Shown: piece by piece, positions 9,527 through 19,728 of the stretch | Numbering within the stretch: position 1 is the first letter of the stretch | How the letters are laid out: each line of letters starts with the position of its first letter | Origin: an uncultured Candidatus Bathyarchaeia archaeon | GTDB taxonomy: Archaea; Thermoproteota; CALKCG01; B24; JAWCPE01 | Direction: 5' to 3' | DNA: 64,000 nucleotides | Assembly (NCBI GenBank): GCA_964396445.1 | Contig: CAYNFI010000004.1 | Span: 1,007-65,006 of the forward strand | Notes under the pieces: generated by a model | Databases searched by the model: none | The model's input: the letters and a program-made list of their open reading frames with translations, nothing else | What the model was told of the DNA's origin: nothing | Made by a program: the position numbers and the translations under genes

Positions 9527-10732
9527 TCAACGCCATTCCATAACCGCCTCAAGGGTTTCCTCCCGTTTAACCTTCCCTTCCTGAAGCCACCTCACCTCAA
9601 GCTTCCTAAGCTCCTCGGCGAAAACGATGTCTTCCACAGCGATCTCCTTAGCGTGTTGGTACAGGCTTCGGTCAAACTGTTTTAACAGCTGGTTCATGAT
9701 CGGCCACTGCCTCCTACTTTCACGGTCCATCATCTTCACCCGCTCCCGCTCCAGCAGCTCCCTAAGGTCTTCTACGAGGTTCCTCACCCTTACAACGGAC
9801 ATGCGGTGGGGGAGAACCCATAAAGCCATTTTAAGAACCGTATCCACATCGCATTTCCCCTCAAGCCACGCCGTAGCCTTCGCAAGCTCCGTTAGAACAA
9901 CGCCGGCTCTCTCACTCGGCGGCTCCTTAACGTGCCCGCATACGTCTCTGATGAAATGGCATCCATCGCAGAGTACTGGGGGCTTCAGCTCCGACTGCTC
10001 CTTGTTCCGGATGCAGGCTTGGAAATCCCTGGTGAGGGTGTTGATTAAGCCGGCGAGGTCTGGGTTTAACTCAACCTCGTCTACTTCCCTCCGAGCCTCC
10101 TGGAGCTCATCGAAGGAAAGGACCTGGGGCATGGAGTCTACGAGGTTACCGCTGTGCCTGTCGAGGAGGGTTTGAAGCCTGAACTTCTCGCTTAGGGTTA
10201 GGGACTTGAGGAAGACGCAGACGTCGAAGCGGTCGTAGAAGGGTGGGGGATGGGCGAAGGTTGTAGGGTCCCCAGGGTTCTCGTTAGCGACTATGACGTA
10301 GTCCTCAACCCTAGCCCTCTGCCCGTAAGCCCAAACCTCACCGAACTGCATCATGTGGTGGATGTTCGCCGTTGTGTAAGGGTTAAGCCGATTAACCTCA
10401 TCGAGTCCCTTACCCCTAGCCTTGGCGAAGGCAGCCCATAAAACCCTCTCAACGCCATCCTTTTCAAGGGATGGTATGTGAAGCCTACCGATGACCTCAC
10501 CGCGTTTAACCTCGGAAGCCCCCGAGACCACGACGAGGTCTTCGCCGCATAGACCCTTCAAGACGAGGAGCATAAGCGTGGATTTCCCAACACCTCTAGG
10601 AGCCCTGATGAGGGAAGCCGCCCTCCTGTGAAGCTGGTTCAAGACGACGACGTCGAGGACTTCCTCGTTACCGACGAACCTCGCCTTAACCTCGTCCTTT
10701 AACTGCTTAACCTTAGCTTGGTAGCCGCCCAT
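9527..10732 (-). CDS. MoxR-like AAA+ ATPase with Cys-rich insertion
   Basis: Walker A APRGVGKST, Walker B/sensor LDEVNRLNP, and VIVANENP as in MoxR. It has an unusual CDGCHFIRDVCGH segment. Confidence 0.75.
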   Translation of the reverse strand: MGGYQAKVKQLKDEVKARFVGNEEVLDVVVLNQLHRRAASLIRAPRGVGKSTLMLLVLKGLCGEDLVVVSGASEVKRGEVIGRLHIPSLEKDGVERVLWAAFAKARGKGLDEVNRLNPYTTANIHHMMQFGEVWAYGQRARVEDYVIVANENPGDPTTFAHPPPFYDRFDVCVFLKSLTLSEKFRLQTLLDRHSGNLVDSMPQVLSFDELQEARREVDEVELNPDLAGLINTLTRDFQACIRNKEQSELKPPVLCDGCHFIRDVCGHVKEPPSERAGVVLTELAKATAWLEGKCDVDTVLKMALWVLPHRMSVVRVRNLVEDLRELLERERVKMMDRESRRQWPIMNQLLKQFDRSLYQHAKEIAVEDIVFAEELRKLEVRWLQEGKVKREETLEAVMEWR

Positions 10733-10738
10733 CGTAGA

Positions 10739-11077
10739 TCACGCTGTGAAGAAATGGAGGTAGATGAGGAAGAGTGTAAGGGCTGAGAGGGTTAGCGCAA
10801 CTACCTTAAGGACTTTATTGGCGATAGACGCGTTAACCAGCTTTTGGTCGAGCTCCGTGATCTGCCTCCTGAGAAGCTCAACCTCTGACTTGCTCAGGGT
10901 AACGGTTCCCACGGGCTCCTCCTCCCTGTAAACAACGTCTATAGACCCCGTTGGCACACCGTCTCCCCCCACTTCCAAGGGCTGCCCAGGCTCATCCCAG
11001 GCAACATGTTCACCCGATACCTTAACAGGTGTCTTCTTCACCTGTGAGTCGAGGAACTCCTTGAAACGCTCCTCCAT
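10739..11077 (-). CDS. small tail-anchored membrane protein
   Basis: 112-aa ORF 6 nt upstream of the MoxR gene, with a C-terminal hydrophobic helix (VVALTLSALTLFLIYLHFF). Confidence 0.5.
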   Translation of the reverse strand: MEERFKEFLDSQVKKTPVKVSGEHVAWDEPGQPLEVGGDGVPTGSIDVVYREEEPVGTVTLSKSEVELLRRQITELDQKLVNASIANKVLKVVALTLSALTLFLIYLHFFTA

Positions 11078-11512
11078 AGAACCTCTTCCTGCCAGTGTTC
11101 AATAATCTATAAAAGGTAAAATGCTAGAGTTAAACGTAATGTTTCCAGAAGATGGCTGAAAAACCTGCAACCATAATACCCGCAAACCCATAGATTCTTT
11201 CCTCTAAATTCCCAGCTCCACCTTCTGCCTCCCTTACCCAAAGTAGTCCAACATCTCCTAATACAGATTCTAACCAACGATGTAAAACAGCGTGAACTCA
11301 GAGAATCACGGTTGTCAACTTCATCCCTAAGTAATAGGAATTATTCTCATCGCGCATCCCCGGAGGGGGAAACGAGGAGGCAGAGGCTTGGTAAACCCGC
11401 ATAGGTAACACCCATTAAGGATAATATTTTCACAGGTCGCAACGAAACCCCATGTTGACAACCTCTAGGCTTTTATAGATATGCTTATAAAGGCTCAAGG
11501 GACAGAATCAGT

Positions 11513-11851
11513 GTGTGTTGGGAGATGCAGGTTAAGAAACTGGTTTTCATCGCGAACAAGAAGGATGTGCCCCGTGGTGAGGCTAAGGTCTTCAGGTTTC
11601 CAACAGGTGACCGGCCAGCGCTGTTGATCCACCTCCAAACCGGGGAGTTCGTTGCCTACGACGGTTTATGCACCCATCTACAGGGCGAGTTATACTGGGA
11701 TAAGAACCTGCAGAAGATCGCTTGCAGCTTCCACGATGGACTGTACCACCCTGAACACGGTGGACCCTACCGTGGACTTCCACAGAAATCCCTGCCGAGC
11801 ATCAATCTTGAGATCGAAGATAACGGCGACATATACGCGGTAAAGGAGTAA
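11513..11851 (+). CDS. Rieske [2Fe-2S] domain protein
   Basis: CxH (CTHLQG) and CxxH (CSFHDG) ligand boxes at Rieske spacing. The true start may be ATG 11525. Confidence 0.75.
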   Translation: MCWEMQVKKLVFIANKKDVPRGEAKVFRFPTGDRPALLIHLQTGEFVAYDGLCTHLQGELYWDKNLQKIACSFHDGLYHPEHGGPYRGLPQKSLPSINLEIEDNGDIYAVKE

Positions 11852-12009
11852 GGCTTCAGCCAATCCCGTTCCTAAGGCTTCAAAGTGAAATTATAAGCTT
11901 TGAAACAGAGGACGCTGAAGCACTTAATCCCTGTTTCTGAAGGATTTATTCACGCTAACACATAACCTGTTTCAGAGATAAGCCAAAGACATGTGTGTAA
12001 GCGAGGCGT

Positions 12010-13665
12010 TTGTGGATTATGGTTCTCAACCTGGTTCTGCGGAGCGGATGCGTCGTGGATGGCGCTGGTAATCCATGGTTTAGAGCCGATGTAGGCATTA
12101 AAAACGGGAAGGTCGTTAAGGTAGGTCATCTAGACCCCCGTATCGCGGATAGAGTCATCGAAGTGGATGGACTGATGGTCTCACCGGGTTTCATCAACAT
12201 ACACAGTCACTCAGAGGGTACGTTGCTGATCAACCCTAAGGCTGAGAGCGTTGTAAGGCAGGGGATTACAACCGAGGTAACGGGCAACTGCGGCTTCAGC
12301 CTCGCACCGATCTGCGACGGTACAAAGGACCTACTCCTGGATAACACACCCTTCCCGATGCCTAGGCTGGACATCAACTGGCGTAGTTTCAGCGAGTACC
12401 TAGAGCGATTGAAGAAGCGTGGCGTAGCCGTTAACGTCGCATCACTTGTTGGACACGGTGCTGTAAGGATCGCCGTTATGGGTTTGGATAACCGAACACC
12501 AACCCCTAGGGAGCTCAACGCCATGAAGGGCTTGGTAGCCGAAGCCATGAAAGCTGGGGGCTTCGGCTTATCCTCTGGACTGGCTTATCCCCCGGGCTTC
12601 TACGCTGGGACACAGGAGTTGATAGAGCTCTGTAAGGTTGTGTCGCGGTACCATGGTTTCTACGCCTCACACATCAGGGGTGAGGGTGCTAATGGTTTTA
12701 TACAAGGAGTTGTCGAAGCCGTAGAAATCGGTGAGAAAGCCCATGTTCCCGTACAGGTCTCACACATTGAAACCCATTATCCCGCATGGGGTAGGGGTGG
12801 AGAAGCCTTAAGATTGGTCGATGAGGCTCGGATGAGAGGCGTTGACGTGACATGCGATGTTCCCCCGTATATATTAGGGTACACCGCCCTCTACACGCTC
12901 CTCCCAGACTGGGTTCATGAAGGAGGCGCCGTTAAACTCTTGGAGAGGCTGAGGGGAATTGAGACCCGTGAGAAGATCGAGGAGGACGTGAGGGAGCAGC
13001 CGCCTAGAACATCGACGCAAGCCCTTGTGAAAGACGGTCACTGGGACAGAATCGTTGTTTCAACCTTCGAGGCGAAACCCGGGTTGGAGGGGATGAGCTT
13101 AGCTGAGGTCGCCCAACTGATGGGAAAGGATCCCTTCAACGCCGTATTCGACATGCTGTCGGAGGGTCCACCCTTCCCGAACGTGATGGCTTGGATACAC
13201 CATGAAGAGGACATCCGGAAAGTGATGAGGCATAGTACATCCATGGTTGAAACAGACCTCTACGCACTCGCACCCTACGGCTGCCTAGCCGAGAAGCGGA
13301 GCCATCCCAGGGGTTACGGAACGTTCCCGATGGTCTTCAGGAAATACGTGCGGGGTGAAACACTGGAGGACATGCCCTTAGAGGTCGGGGATAAAATCCT
13401 CACGTTAGAGGAAGCCGTGAGGAAGATGACGTCGCTTCCAGCGCAGAGGCTTGGGTTAAGGGACCGAGGCCTCATCAGGGAAGGCATGTGGGCTGATGTG
13501 ACGGTTTTCAACCCGAAGACAGTTAAAGACCGGGCTACGTACGAGAAACCCAACCTGTACCCGGAAGGCGTCGAATACGTGCTTGTCAACGGTCAGGTCG
13601 TCGTGGAGGAAGGTGAAAACACGGGCTTATTACCGGGAACCGTCCTAAGGCGAAGCTCCCCTTAG
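12010..13665 (+). CDS. N-acyl-D-amino-acid deacylase family amidohydrolase
   Basis: SPGFINIHSHSE metal-binding HxH motif and overall D-aminoacylase-like architecture. The start is either TTG 12010 or ATG 12019. Confidence 0.8.
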   Translation: MWIMVLNLVLRSGCVVDGAGNPWFRADVGIKNGKVVKVGHLDPRIADRVIEVDGLMVSPGFINIHSHSEGTLLINPKAESVVRQGITTEVTGNCGFSLAPICDGTKDLLLDNTPFPMPRLDINWRSFSEYLERLKKRGVAVNVASLVGHGAVRIAVMGLDNRTPTPRELNAMKGLVAEAMKAGGFGLSSGLAYPPGFYAGTQELIELCKVVSRYHGFYASHIRGEGANGFIQGVVEAVEIGEKAHVPVQVSHIETHYPAWGRGGEALRLVDEARMRGVDVTCDVPPYILGYTALYTLLPDWVHEGGAVKLLERLRGIETREKIEEDVREQPPRTSTQALVKDGHWDRIVVSTFEAKPGLEGMSLAEVAQLMGKDPFNAVFDMLSEGPPFPNVMAWIHHEEDIRKVMRHSTSMVETDLYALAPYGCLAEKRSHPRGYGTFPMVFRKYVRGETLEDMPLEVGDKILTLEEAVRKMTSLPAQRLGLRDRGLIREGMWADVTVFNPKTVKDRATYEKPNLYPEGVEYVLVNGQVVVEEGENTGLLPGTVLRRSSP

Positions 13666-13789
13666 GCTTAATGACTTCCTCCGTTAAACTCGGCATCCAC
13701 GGAACTGAACCACATTACATTTAAATATCTCGGTTCCCGTGTTTTCCCTAACTCTGAGCGATCCGCTTCTATTGAACTCGGTGACATCT

Positions 13790-15970
13790 ATGGGTAAGGA
13801 CGTGAGGCTTCAAGTCGCTGAGGTAAAGCAGCAACGTGACTTCGGCAGGGGTAAGGCGAGGATCAGCAGCAGAACCATGGAGGAACTCGGGGTCTCAACC
13901 GGCGACGTTATCGAGGTTAGAGGTAAGAGGACGACCTCAGCGGTTGTTTGGCCAGCCTACCCCGAGGATGCTGGGAAGACCATCATCAGAATCGACGGGA
14001 TAACGCGGGGGAACGCCGACGTTTCGATCAACGAGTTTGTAACCGTGAAGAAAGTTGAGGCTAAAGACGCGCAGCATATTACGCTGGCCCCTGTGAACGT
14101 CGCCATACCGGGGATCGACGAGGGCTTCCACGACTTCGTGAGAACACGGATCCTTGAAACCCCCCTGGTTGAAGGGGACAGTATCCAGGTAACCATCTTC
14201 GGGAACCCCGTGTACTTCACGGTTATGAAGACGCGCCCACACGGTATCGTGAGGGTTTCACCGAACACGGCGCTGCAGATCCTAAGCGAGCCTATACCGG
14301 AGAAGAAAGGCATTGCTAAGGTCACGTACGAGGATGTAGGTGGGTTACAGGAGGAAATTCAGAGGGTTAGGGAAATGGTTGAACTCCCTCTGAGACACCC
14401 TGAACTCTTCCAGAGGCTGGGCATCGAGCCTCCTAAAGGCGTTCTCCTCCACGGTCCCCCAGGCTGTGGGAAGACGCGGTTAGCTCAGGCTGTGGCCAAC
14501 GAGTCGGACGCCAACTTCTTCAACATCAATGGACCTGAGATCATGAGTAAATTCTACGGGGAATCCGAGGCCAGGCTTAGGGAAGTATTCCAGAAGGCTC
14601 AGGAAAGCTCTCCGAGCATCCTATTCATCGATGAACTCGACGCCATAGCTCCTAAGCGGGAGGAGGTAACGGGGGAGGTTGAGCGAAGGGTTGTAGCCCA
14701 GCTTCTAGCCCTCATGGACGGGCTTGAAAGCCGGGGAAACATCGTTGTCATAGGAGCGACTAACCGCCCCAACGCCCTCGACCCAGCCCTGAGGAGACCC
14801 GGGCGCTTCGACAGGGAGATCGAGATCGGTATACCTGATAAAAACGGGCGTTACGAGATCCTCCAGATCCATACGAGGGGTATGCCCTTAGCTGAAGACG
14901 TTAACTTGGTAAGGCTCGCGGAGATCAGCCATGGATACACGGGAGCCGACATCGCCGCCTTAAGCAGGGAAGCCTCCATGAGAGCGTTGAGAAGGTATCT
15001 TCCAGAGATCGACCTTGAAGCCGAACGGGTTCCATCAGAGGTTCTGGAGAAGATGGAGGTTAGGATGGAGGACTTCTGGAACGCCTACAGGGAGATCACA
15101 CCCACAGCCATGCGGGAAGTTGAGGTTGAGGTTCCAACAGTTCACTGGGATGAAATCGGGGGATTAGAGGAGGTTAAGCAACAGTTAATGGAAGCCATTG
15201 AGTGGCCGCTGAAGAAACCTGAAGCCTTCAAGAGGATGGGGATAAAACCTCCTAAGGGGATCCTCCTCTACGGGCCGCCGGGCTGCGGGAAAACCCTCGT
15301 AGCCAGGGCTGTGGCTACGGAGAGCGAGGCGAACTTCATATCGATCAAGGGGCCTCAAGTATACAGCAAATGGGTTGGGGAATCTGAGAAAGCCATCAGG
15401 GAGGTTTTCAGGAAGGCAAGGCTTTCATCGCCGTCCATAGTGTTCTTCGACGAGTTGGACTCCATAATCCCAGCCAGGGGCTTCGGTTACGCGGATTCAG
15501 GGGTTACGGAACGAGTGATAAGCCAGCTTCTAACAGAGTTAGACGGCATTGAAACACTGCAGAACGTGGTTGTCATAGGAGCGACTAACCGCCCAGACAT
15601 ACTAGACCCAGCCGTTCTAAGACCTGGACGCTTGGATAGGTTGATCTACGTCAACGCGCCCGATGAGGAGACGCGGCTTCAAATCTTTAAACTGTACACG
15701 GCGAACATGCCCTTAAATATGGACGTTGACCTACAGTACATGGCGAAGATCACACGGGGTTATTCAGGCGCAGACATAGAAACCATGTGCCGAGAAGCCG
15801 CTATGAACAGTTTAAGGCGGAGCATCGAGGTGGATAAGGTAACCATGGAAGACTTCAAGGACATCCTCGCGAGGATAAGGCCTAGCATAACACCTGAGAT
15901 GGAGACATGGTATCAAAACGTGGTTCAAGCCCGCCAAAAAGTCGGGAAACCCACCACACCCGTGGCTTAA
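13790..15970 (+). CDS. cdc48: Cdc48/VCP-like AAA+ ATPase, paralogue 1
   Basis: N-domain plus two AAA modules (GPPGCGKT twice, FIDELD/FFDELD Walker B, SRH regions). Start placed at ATG 13790 ([11 protein letters not shown]...). TTTAAATA lies about 65 nt upstream. Confidence 0.9.
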   Translation: MGKDVRLQVAEVKQQRDFGRGKARISSRTMEELGVSTGDVIEVRGKRTTSAVVWPAYPEDAGKTIIRIDGITRGNADVSINEFVTVKKVEAKDAQHITLAPVNVAIPGIDEGFHDFVRTRILETPLVEGDSIQVTIFGNPVYFTVMKTRPHGIVRVSPNTALQILSEPIPEKKGIAKVTYEDVGGLQEEIQRVREMVELPLRHPELFQRLGIEPPKGVLLHGPPGCGKTRLAQAVANESDANFFNINGPEIMSKFYGESEARLREVFQKAQESSPSILFIDELDAIAPKREEVTGEVERRVVAQLLALMDGLESRGNIVVIGATNRPNALDPALRRPGRFDREIEIGIPDKNGRYEILQIHTRGMPLAEDVNLVRLAEISHGYTGADIAALSREASMRALRRYLPEIDLEAERVPSEVLEKMEVRMEDFWNAYREITPTAMREVEVEVPTVHWDEIGGLEEVKQQLMEAIEWPLKKPEAFKRMGIKPPKGILLYGPPGCGKTLVARAVATESEANFISIKGPQVYSKWVGESEKAIREVFRKARLSSPSIVFFDELDSIIPARGFGYADSGVTERVISQLLTELDGIETLQNVVVIGATNRPDILDPAVLRPGRLDRLIYVNAPDEETRLQIFKLYTANMPLNMDVDLQYMAKITRGYSGADIETMCREAAMNSLRRSIEVDKVTMEDFKDILARIRPSITPEMETWYQNVVQARQKVGKPTTPVA
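14639..14695. repeat. 57-nt tract identical to 59749..59805 in the cdc48 paralogue
   Basis: gacgccatagctcctaagcgggaggaggtaacgggggaggttgagcgaagggttgta is identical in both genes, whereas flanking identical amino acids use different codons. Confidence 0.85.
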
Positions 15971-15976
15971 CGGTGG

Positions 15977-16213
15977 ATGGAGGATATGTGGGAGAAGACG
16001 AGGACGCTGCCGCTTCACACCTTAACCGTGGAAGTCCTTTCAAAACATCAAGGCTCCATATCTGATGAAGATCTATTCGAGGAGTTGAAGAGGTTTCACG
16101 AGGACCTTTCCATGGAAGCCTTAAGGAAAACCCTCTTTAAACTCGAGGTTGAAGGCGTCGTTAGAGTTACGAGCCTAACGAAGAACAGGAAAAGAATTGA
16201 GTTAACCCGATAA
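15977..16213 (+). CDS. small protein, possible winged-helix fold
   Basis: 78-aa ORF 6 nt after the cdc48 stop. Charged and helical, with no diagnostic motif. Confidence 0.4.
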   Translation: MEDMWEKTRTLPLHTLTVEVLSKHQGSISDEDLFEELKRFHEDLSMEALRKTLFKLEVEGVVRVTSLTKNRKRIELTR

Positions 16214-16252
16214 CAACAGAACACACGTCGTCCATTCGACCCAAGGTAGCGA

Positions 16253-17677
16253 GTGTGTTTGAAAACAGGTGTAGTCGAGCCTTACAGGTTACCGAAAGGC
16301 CCTAACCTATTCGTGGACTGGCGCTACGTCCGAGCTGGTGCCGTTCAGTGGGTTTCTAAGGATAATACCCCACTTTCCCTCTGGGGAGTAGAGGGGCAGG
16401 CTGGTACGCGCCCATCACCCATGGATGTACCTAAGGGTATCCGCATCGTCGTTCAAAAGGCTCAGAAAAGCGAGCCGTTTCTAACACGTACTAAGCCTTG
16501 GGAACACATGCTATACTGCTATTCCACGGTCATATACACTGAAGCATGTTACAGGCTTTGGTATGAGGTAAGCACCCCTGAACACGCGGACATACTGTGT
16601 TACGCGGAGTCAAAGGATGGAATGGTATGGGATAAGCCGTCCTTGGGAATTATGCAGTACCAAGGAATGGATGCGAACATCGTCTTCGGGGGAAGCCTCT
16701 GCCCGGAAACCGGGTTCCACGGAGGCGGAGTGTTCCCAGACCCCTCCGCTACATCCGGTGAACGCTATAAGATGGTCTTCTTGGGAAAAACCGGTGTATG
16801 CGGCGCAGTCTCACACGATGGACTGCACTGGAAACAGTTTGCAGAGCCTTTGTTGGCTTTAAGCAGTGATACGCAGAACACCGCGTACTACGATGACTCG
16901 TTGAAGCGGTATGTGGGGTTCTTCAGAATGTGGCGTCATGGAAGGCGTTGCGTAGGCAGAGCTGAGACAGACGTCTTTCACCGATGGCCTAACCCCACGC
17001 CGGTTTTATGCCCCAGCCCTAGTCAAGATGCCTCCGATGACTGGTACACCAACAGCAAATCCACGTATCCTGGCACAGTGGACTACCATTTCATGTTTCC
17101 CGCGCTCTACCACCGCGCCGTAGACAGTACGGAGCTCCACATGTTTTCAAGCCCAGACGGGATCGTGTGGATACAGGTGCCCGGAGGACCAGTTCTTTCA
17201 CCCGGTCCACCAGGCTCTTGGGACAGTGGCTGTATCTTCGGCGGCGTCGGTTTAGTCCCACTTCCAAACGACCGAGTTGGCTTACCGTACACGGGATTTC
17301 CTGTTCCCCACAAGTACCCGCGGAGCCTCCCGATGGGATCCATAGCCTATGCTTTGTGGCCTAGGGAGCGTTTAACCGCTTTAGAGGCATCAGAAGAGGG
17401 GGAATTTACCACACCGCAGCTTATCTTCACAGGGCGGAAGCTGCTTTTAAACGTACAGACAAAGAGGGCTGGGCAGGTTCTGGCTGAAGCGGCGGACAGT
17501 CATGGTACGCCTCTACCTGGACGAAGCTTCGCCGAAGCCGACCCAGTGAACGGAGATGCCGCCGATTTCCCAGTGACTTGGAAGGGTGAAGCAGACCTGG
17601 GGCATACTGTAGGTCAACCAGTGGTTCTAAGATTCCGCCTAAGAGCGGCGAAGCTTTTTGCATTTGAATTCGTATAA
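16253..17677 (+). CDS. putative beta-propeller glycoside hydrolase-like protein
   Basis: 474-aa ORF with repeated W/Y-rich blade-like segments (YAESKDGMVWDKP, VSHDGLHWKQ, SSPDGIVWIQ) as in GH32/43/130-type propellers. Family uncertain. Confidence 0.4.
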   Translation: MCLKTGVVEPYRLPKGPNLFVDWRYVRAGAVQWVSKDNTPLSLWGVEGQAGTRPSPMDVPKGIRIVVQKAQKSEPFLTRTKPWEHMLYCYSTVIYTEACYRLWYEVSTPEHADILCYAESKDGMVWDKPSLGIMQYQGMDANIVFGGSLCPETGFHGGGVFPDPSATSGERYKMVFLGKTGVCGAVSHDGLHWKQFAEPLLALSSDTQNTAYYDDSLKRYVGFFRMWRHGRRCVGRAETDVFHRWPNPTPVLCPSPSQDASDDWYTNSKSTYPGTVDYHFMFPALYHRAVDSTELHMFSSPDGIVWIQVPGGPVLSPGPPGSWDSGCIFGGVGLVPLPNDRVGLPYTGFPVPHKYPRSLPMGSIAYALWPRERLTALEASEEGEFTTPQLIFTGRKLLLNVQTKRAGQVLAEAADSHGTPLPGRSFAEADPVNGDAADFPVTWKGEADLGHTVGQPVVLRFRLRAAKLFAFEFV

Positions 17678-17820
17678 GCCAATTCCGATTCAGGGTTTCT
17701 ACGAAGTTCTTGTGAATGAAAAAGCTGAGGGGTTCATCTAAAGGCATTAAACTTCCACATAGCCCCCGTGGAAGAAAATGGAAGTACGTCGTTATTGATT
17801 GAATTCAGGGACTCCATCCA

Positions 17821-18546
17821 TCACAGGGAAGGTACGCAGTATACAGAGTTATTCACCTTCATCCCCCTGACCTCAGAGTAATGTTTCACCCATAGACCTT
17901 GACCAACAGGTGTTGGGCTTTGGACGATGAACTCCGCGTACTCGAAGGAGTTGTACGCTAAGTAGGCGGGTCTCAGCCACTCTACGATTCTAGGATTTTG
18001 AGAACCTAGATCCGGGTAGAGAACTGGGCCGGTATCGACTTGGAACACCTCTCTATCCGGGTTGACATTTATCGTCTTTATCGGGTACTCAATCGTCGCC
18101 GTGACGTTACTGGCTTCATCTTTCACCGTGGTCCTCCCTACAAGCCGCCTGTTCTGAAGCGTTGCGTCAACGATGTCTTTCTCCTGGCTGAGAACAGTCG
18201 CATCCGGTGTCCTACTCAAACTGGTACGGACCTCGTGGAAATTATCCTTAACCCGTCCGGTTGTGAACTCATCCTCCCTATCATTTTCATACGTGGCGAA
18301 TGTTCTGAAGAGCCTGTAATCCCTCTGGGAGAACACCCCAAACCAGTCGTAGCTCGGCTTCCTAAACAATTCCCCATCGACGTAGACGGTCTCTCCCTTA
18401 CATGAAGCGATGAGGAAGAACTCCTCAGAGCCCTTCCCGTGAACGAGCCTACACGAGGCTTCTATCGCTATCCGTGCCGTATTTTCCCTCCTGAGCGTAA
18501 CGAAAGTCACGTAGGAGTTTGAATAATCGTAGACCTCGGTCAACAA
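17821..18546 (-). CDS. hypothetical protein (241 aa)
   Basis: TTG start preceded by GGAGGTGA. No recognisable motif. Embedded in the glycan cluster. Confidence 0.5.
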   Translation of the reverse strand: MLTEVYDYSNSYVTFVTLRRENTARIAIEASCRLVHGKGSEEFFLIASCKGETVYVDGELFRKPSYDWFGVFSQRDYRLFRTFATYENDREDEFTTGRVKDNFHEVRTSLSRTPDATVLSQEKDIVDATLQNRRLVGRTTVKDEASNVTATIEYPIKTINVNPDREVFQVDTGPVLYPDLGSQNPRIVEWLRPAYLAYNSFEYAEFIVQSPTPVGQGLWVKHYSEVRGMKVNNSVYCVPSL

Positions 18547-18615
18547 CGTCGCTCACCTCCTTCCCATAAAATTCCCTTCCCGCTGAAATAAATGGGAGAA
18601 ACGAGTTTCAGGGGA

Positions 18616-19626
18616 TTATCCGTAAAACCAGTCTAACGGTATTATCTTAAGCTTTAGTGAGCGATGGTCACAGTAGTATGTGAGGAGAGCCTCATCGTCG
18701 ACGAAGGTTATGCTCGTGTAGGCATAGGTTTGGGTCTCATCGGTTTCGAGGTTTTTAAAGTTCTCCCACGTCACGCCGTCGTCACTGGATATGGCGGAGG
18801 TTAAGGGAACCCTCCTTGGACCGGGCGTATGGTTCCAGACCATGAGGAGGTCGCCTGTGGTTGGGATATGCTTGATGGTCTGCGGAGACCGCGGCGAGAC
18901 CACCCCCATCGACTCAGGCTTAGACCAGGTTTCACCTCCATCCGAGGAGTAAGCCTTATAGACGTAACCCAACCCTGTTCTCATCCACATCATAACCCTA
19001 CCATCTCTAAGCTGGATTACACCCGGCTCCTCAGCCGTGGACTCGGGGAGAAGGGATACCGAATCTAAACCCTTGTACCATGTCCTACCGTTGTCATCCG
19101 AGTAGAAGCACAGCGCAACCAGCTTCGGCCACGCCCAACCATTAACGGTATGTGAAGCCGGGAGCAGTATCCTCCCATTCTGAAGCTGTACAGCTCTATC
19201 GTTATTCAGCGTAAAGTATCCTGGGTGGAACTTAGCTACGGGTACCATATCGCTCCATGTCTTTCCCTCATCAGTGGACTTCCTCATGTATGGATGACAG
19301 TCGTATTCTGAGTTCTTTACGCAGAAGAAAAGTGATATTTCACCGTTCCTAAGCCTCAGGAAATCTGTTTCCATAACGTTCTCAACGCCGACGTTCTCTT
19401 GTACGGTGAAGGGTTCACCCCAGGTTCGACCCTTAGTCTCCGAGATCCTCCCCGTGATCCTAGCCGGAGCCATATCATGACCGCCATAATGGTAGAACTC
19501 CGTGTAACCCAGTAGCAACCGCCCACCCCTCAACTCGATGATATCAGCCTCAGTGTTCCTCGGGTTCTTCTCCGATGCTGGGCAGACTATAAGCTCGTAT
19601 ATCCCACCTTGGTCAACTGAACCCAT
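18616..19626 (-). CDS. BNR/Asp-box repeat sialidase-like glycosidase (GH33-like), no signal peptide
   Basis: Four Asp-boxes: STDEGKTWS, SDDNGRTWY, SSDGGETWS, SSDDGVTWE. Confidence 0.75.
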   Translation of the reverse strand: MGSVDQGGIYELIVCPASEKNPRNTEADIIELRGGRLLLGYTEFYHYGGHDMAPARITGRISETKGRTWGEPFTVQENVGVENVMETDFLRLRNGEISLFFCVKNSEYDCHPYMRKSTDEGKTWSDMVPVAKFHPGYFTLNNDRAVQLQNGRILLPASHTVNGWAWPKLVALCFYSDDNGRTWYKGLDSVSLLPESTAEEPGVIQLRDGRVMMWMRTGLGYVYKAYSSDGGETWSKPESMGVVSPRSPQTIKHIPTTGDLLMVWNHTPGPRRVPLTSAISSDDGVTWENFKNLETDETQTYAYTSITFVDDEALLTYYCDHRSLKLKIIPLDWFYG

Positions 19627-19651
19627 CTCTGGAAACTCCTCCCTTTAGGTT

Positions 19652-19728
19652 GATAACCTCATTATAACTTAGTCATTATAAAATTAACCTCTCCCGTTCC
19701 TCATTATAAAGCAGAAACCCGATAACCT
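19652..19728. promoter_or_regulatory. divergent promoter region with repeated motifs
   Basis: TCATTATAA occurs three times (19659, 19673, 19701) and GATAACCT twice (19652, 19721), between the divergent sialidase-like and oxidoreductase genes. Confidence 0.35.
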
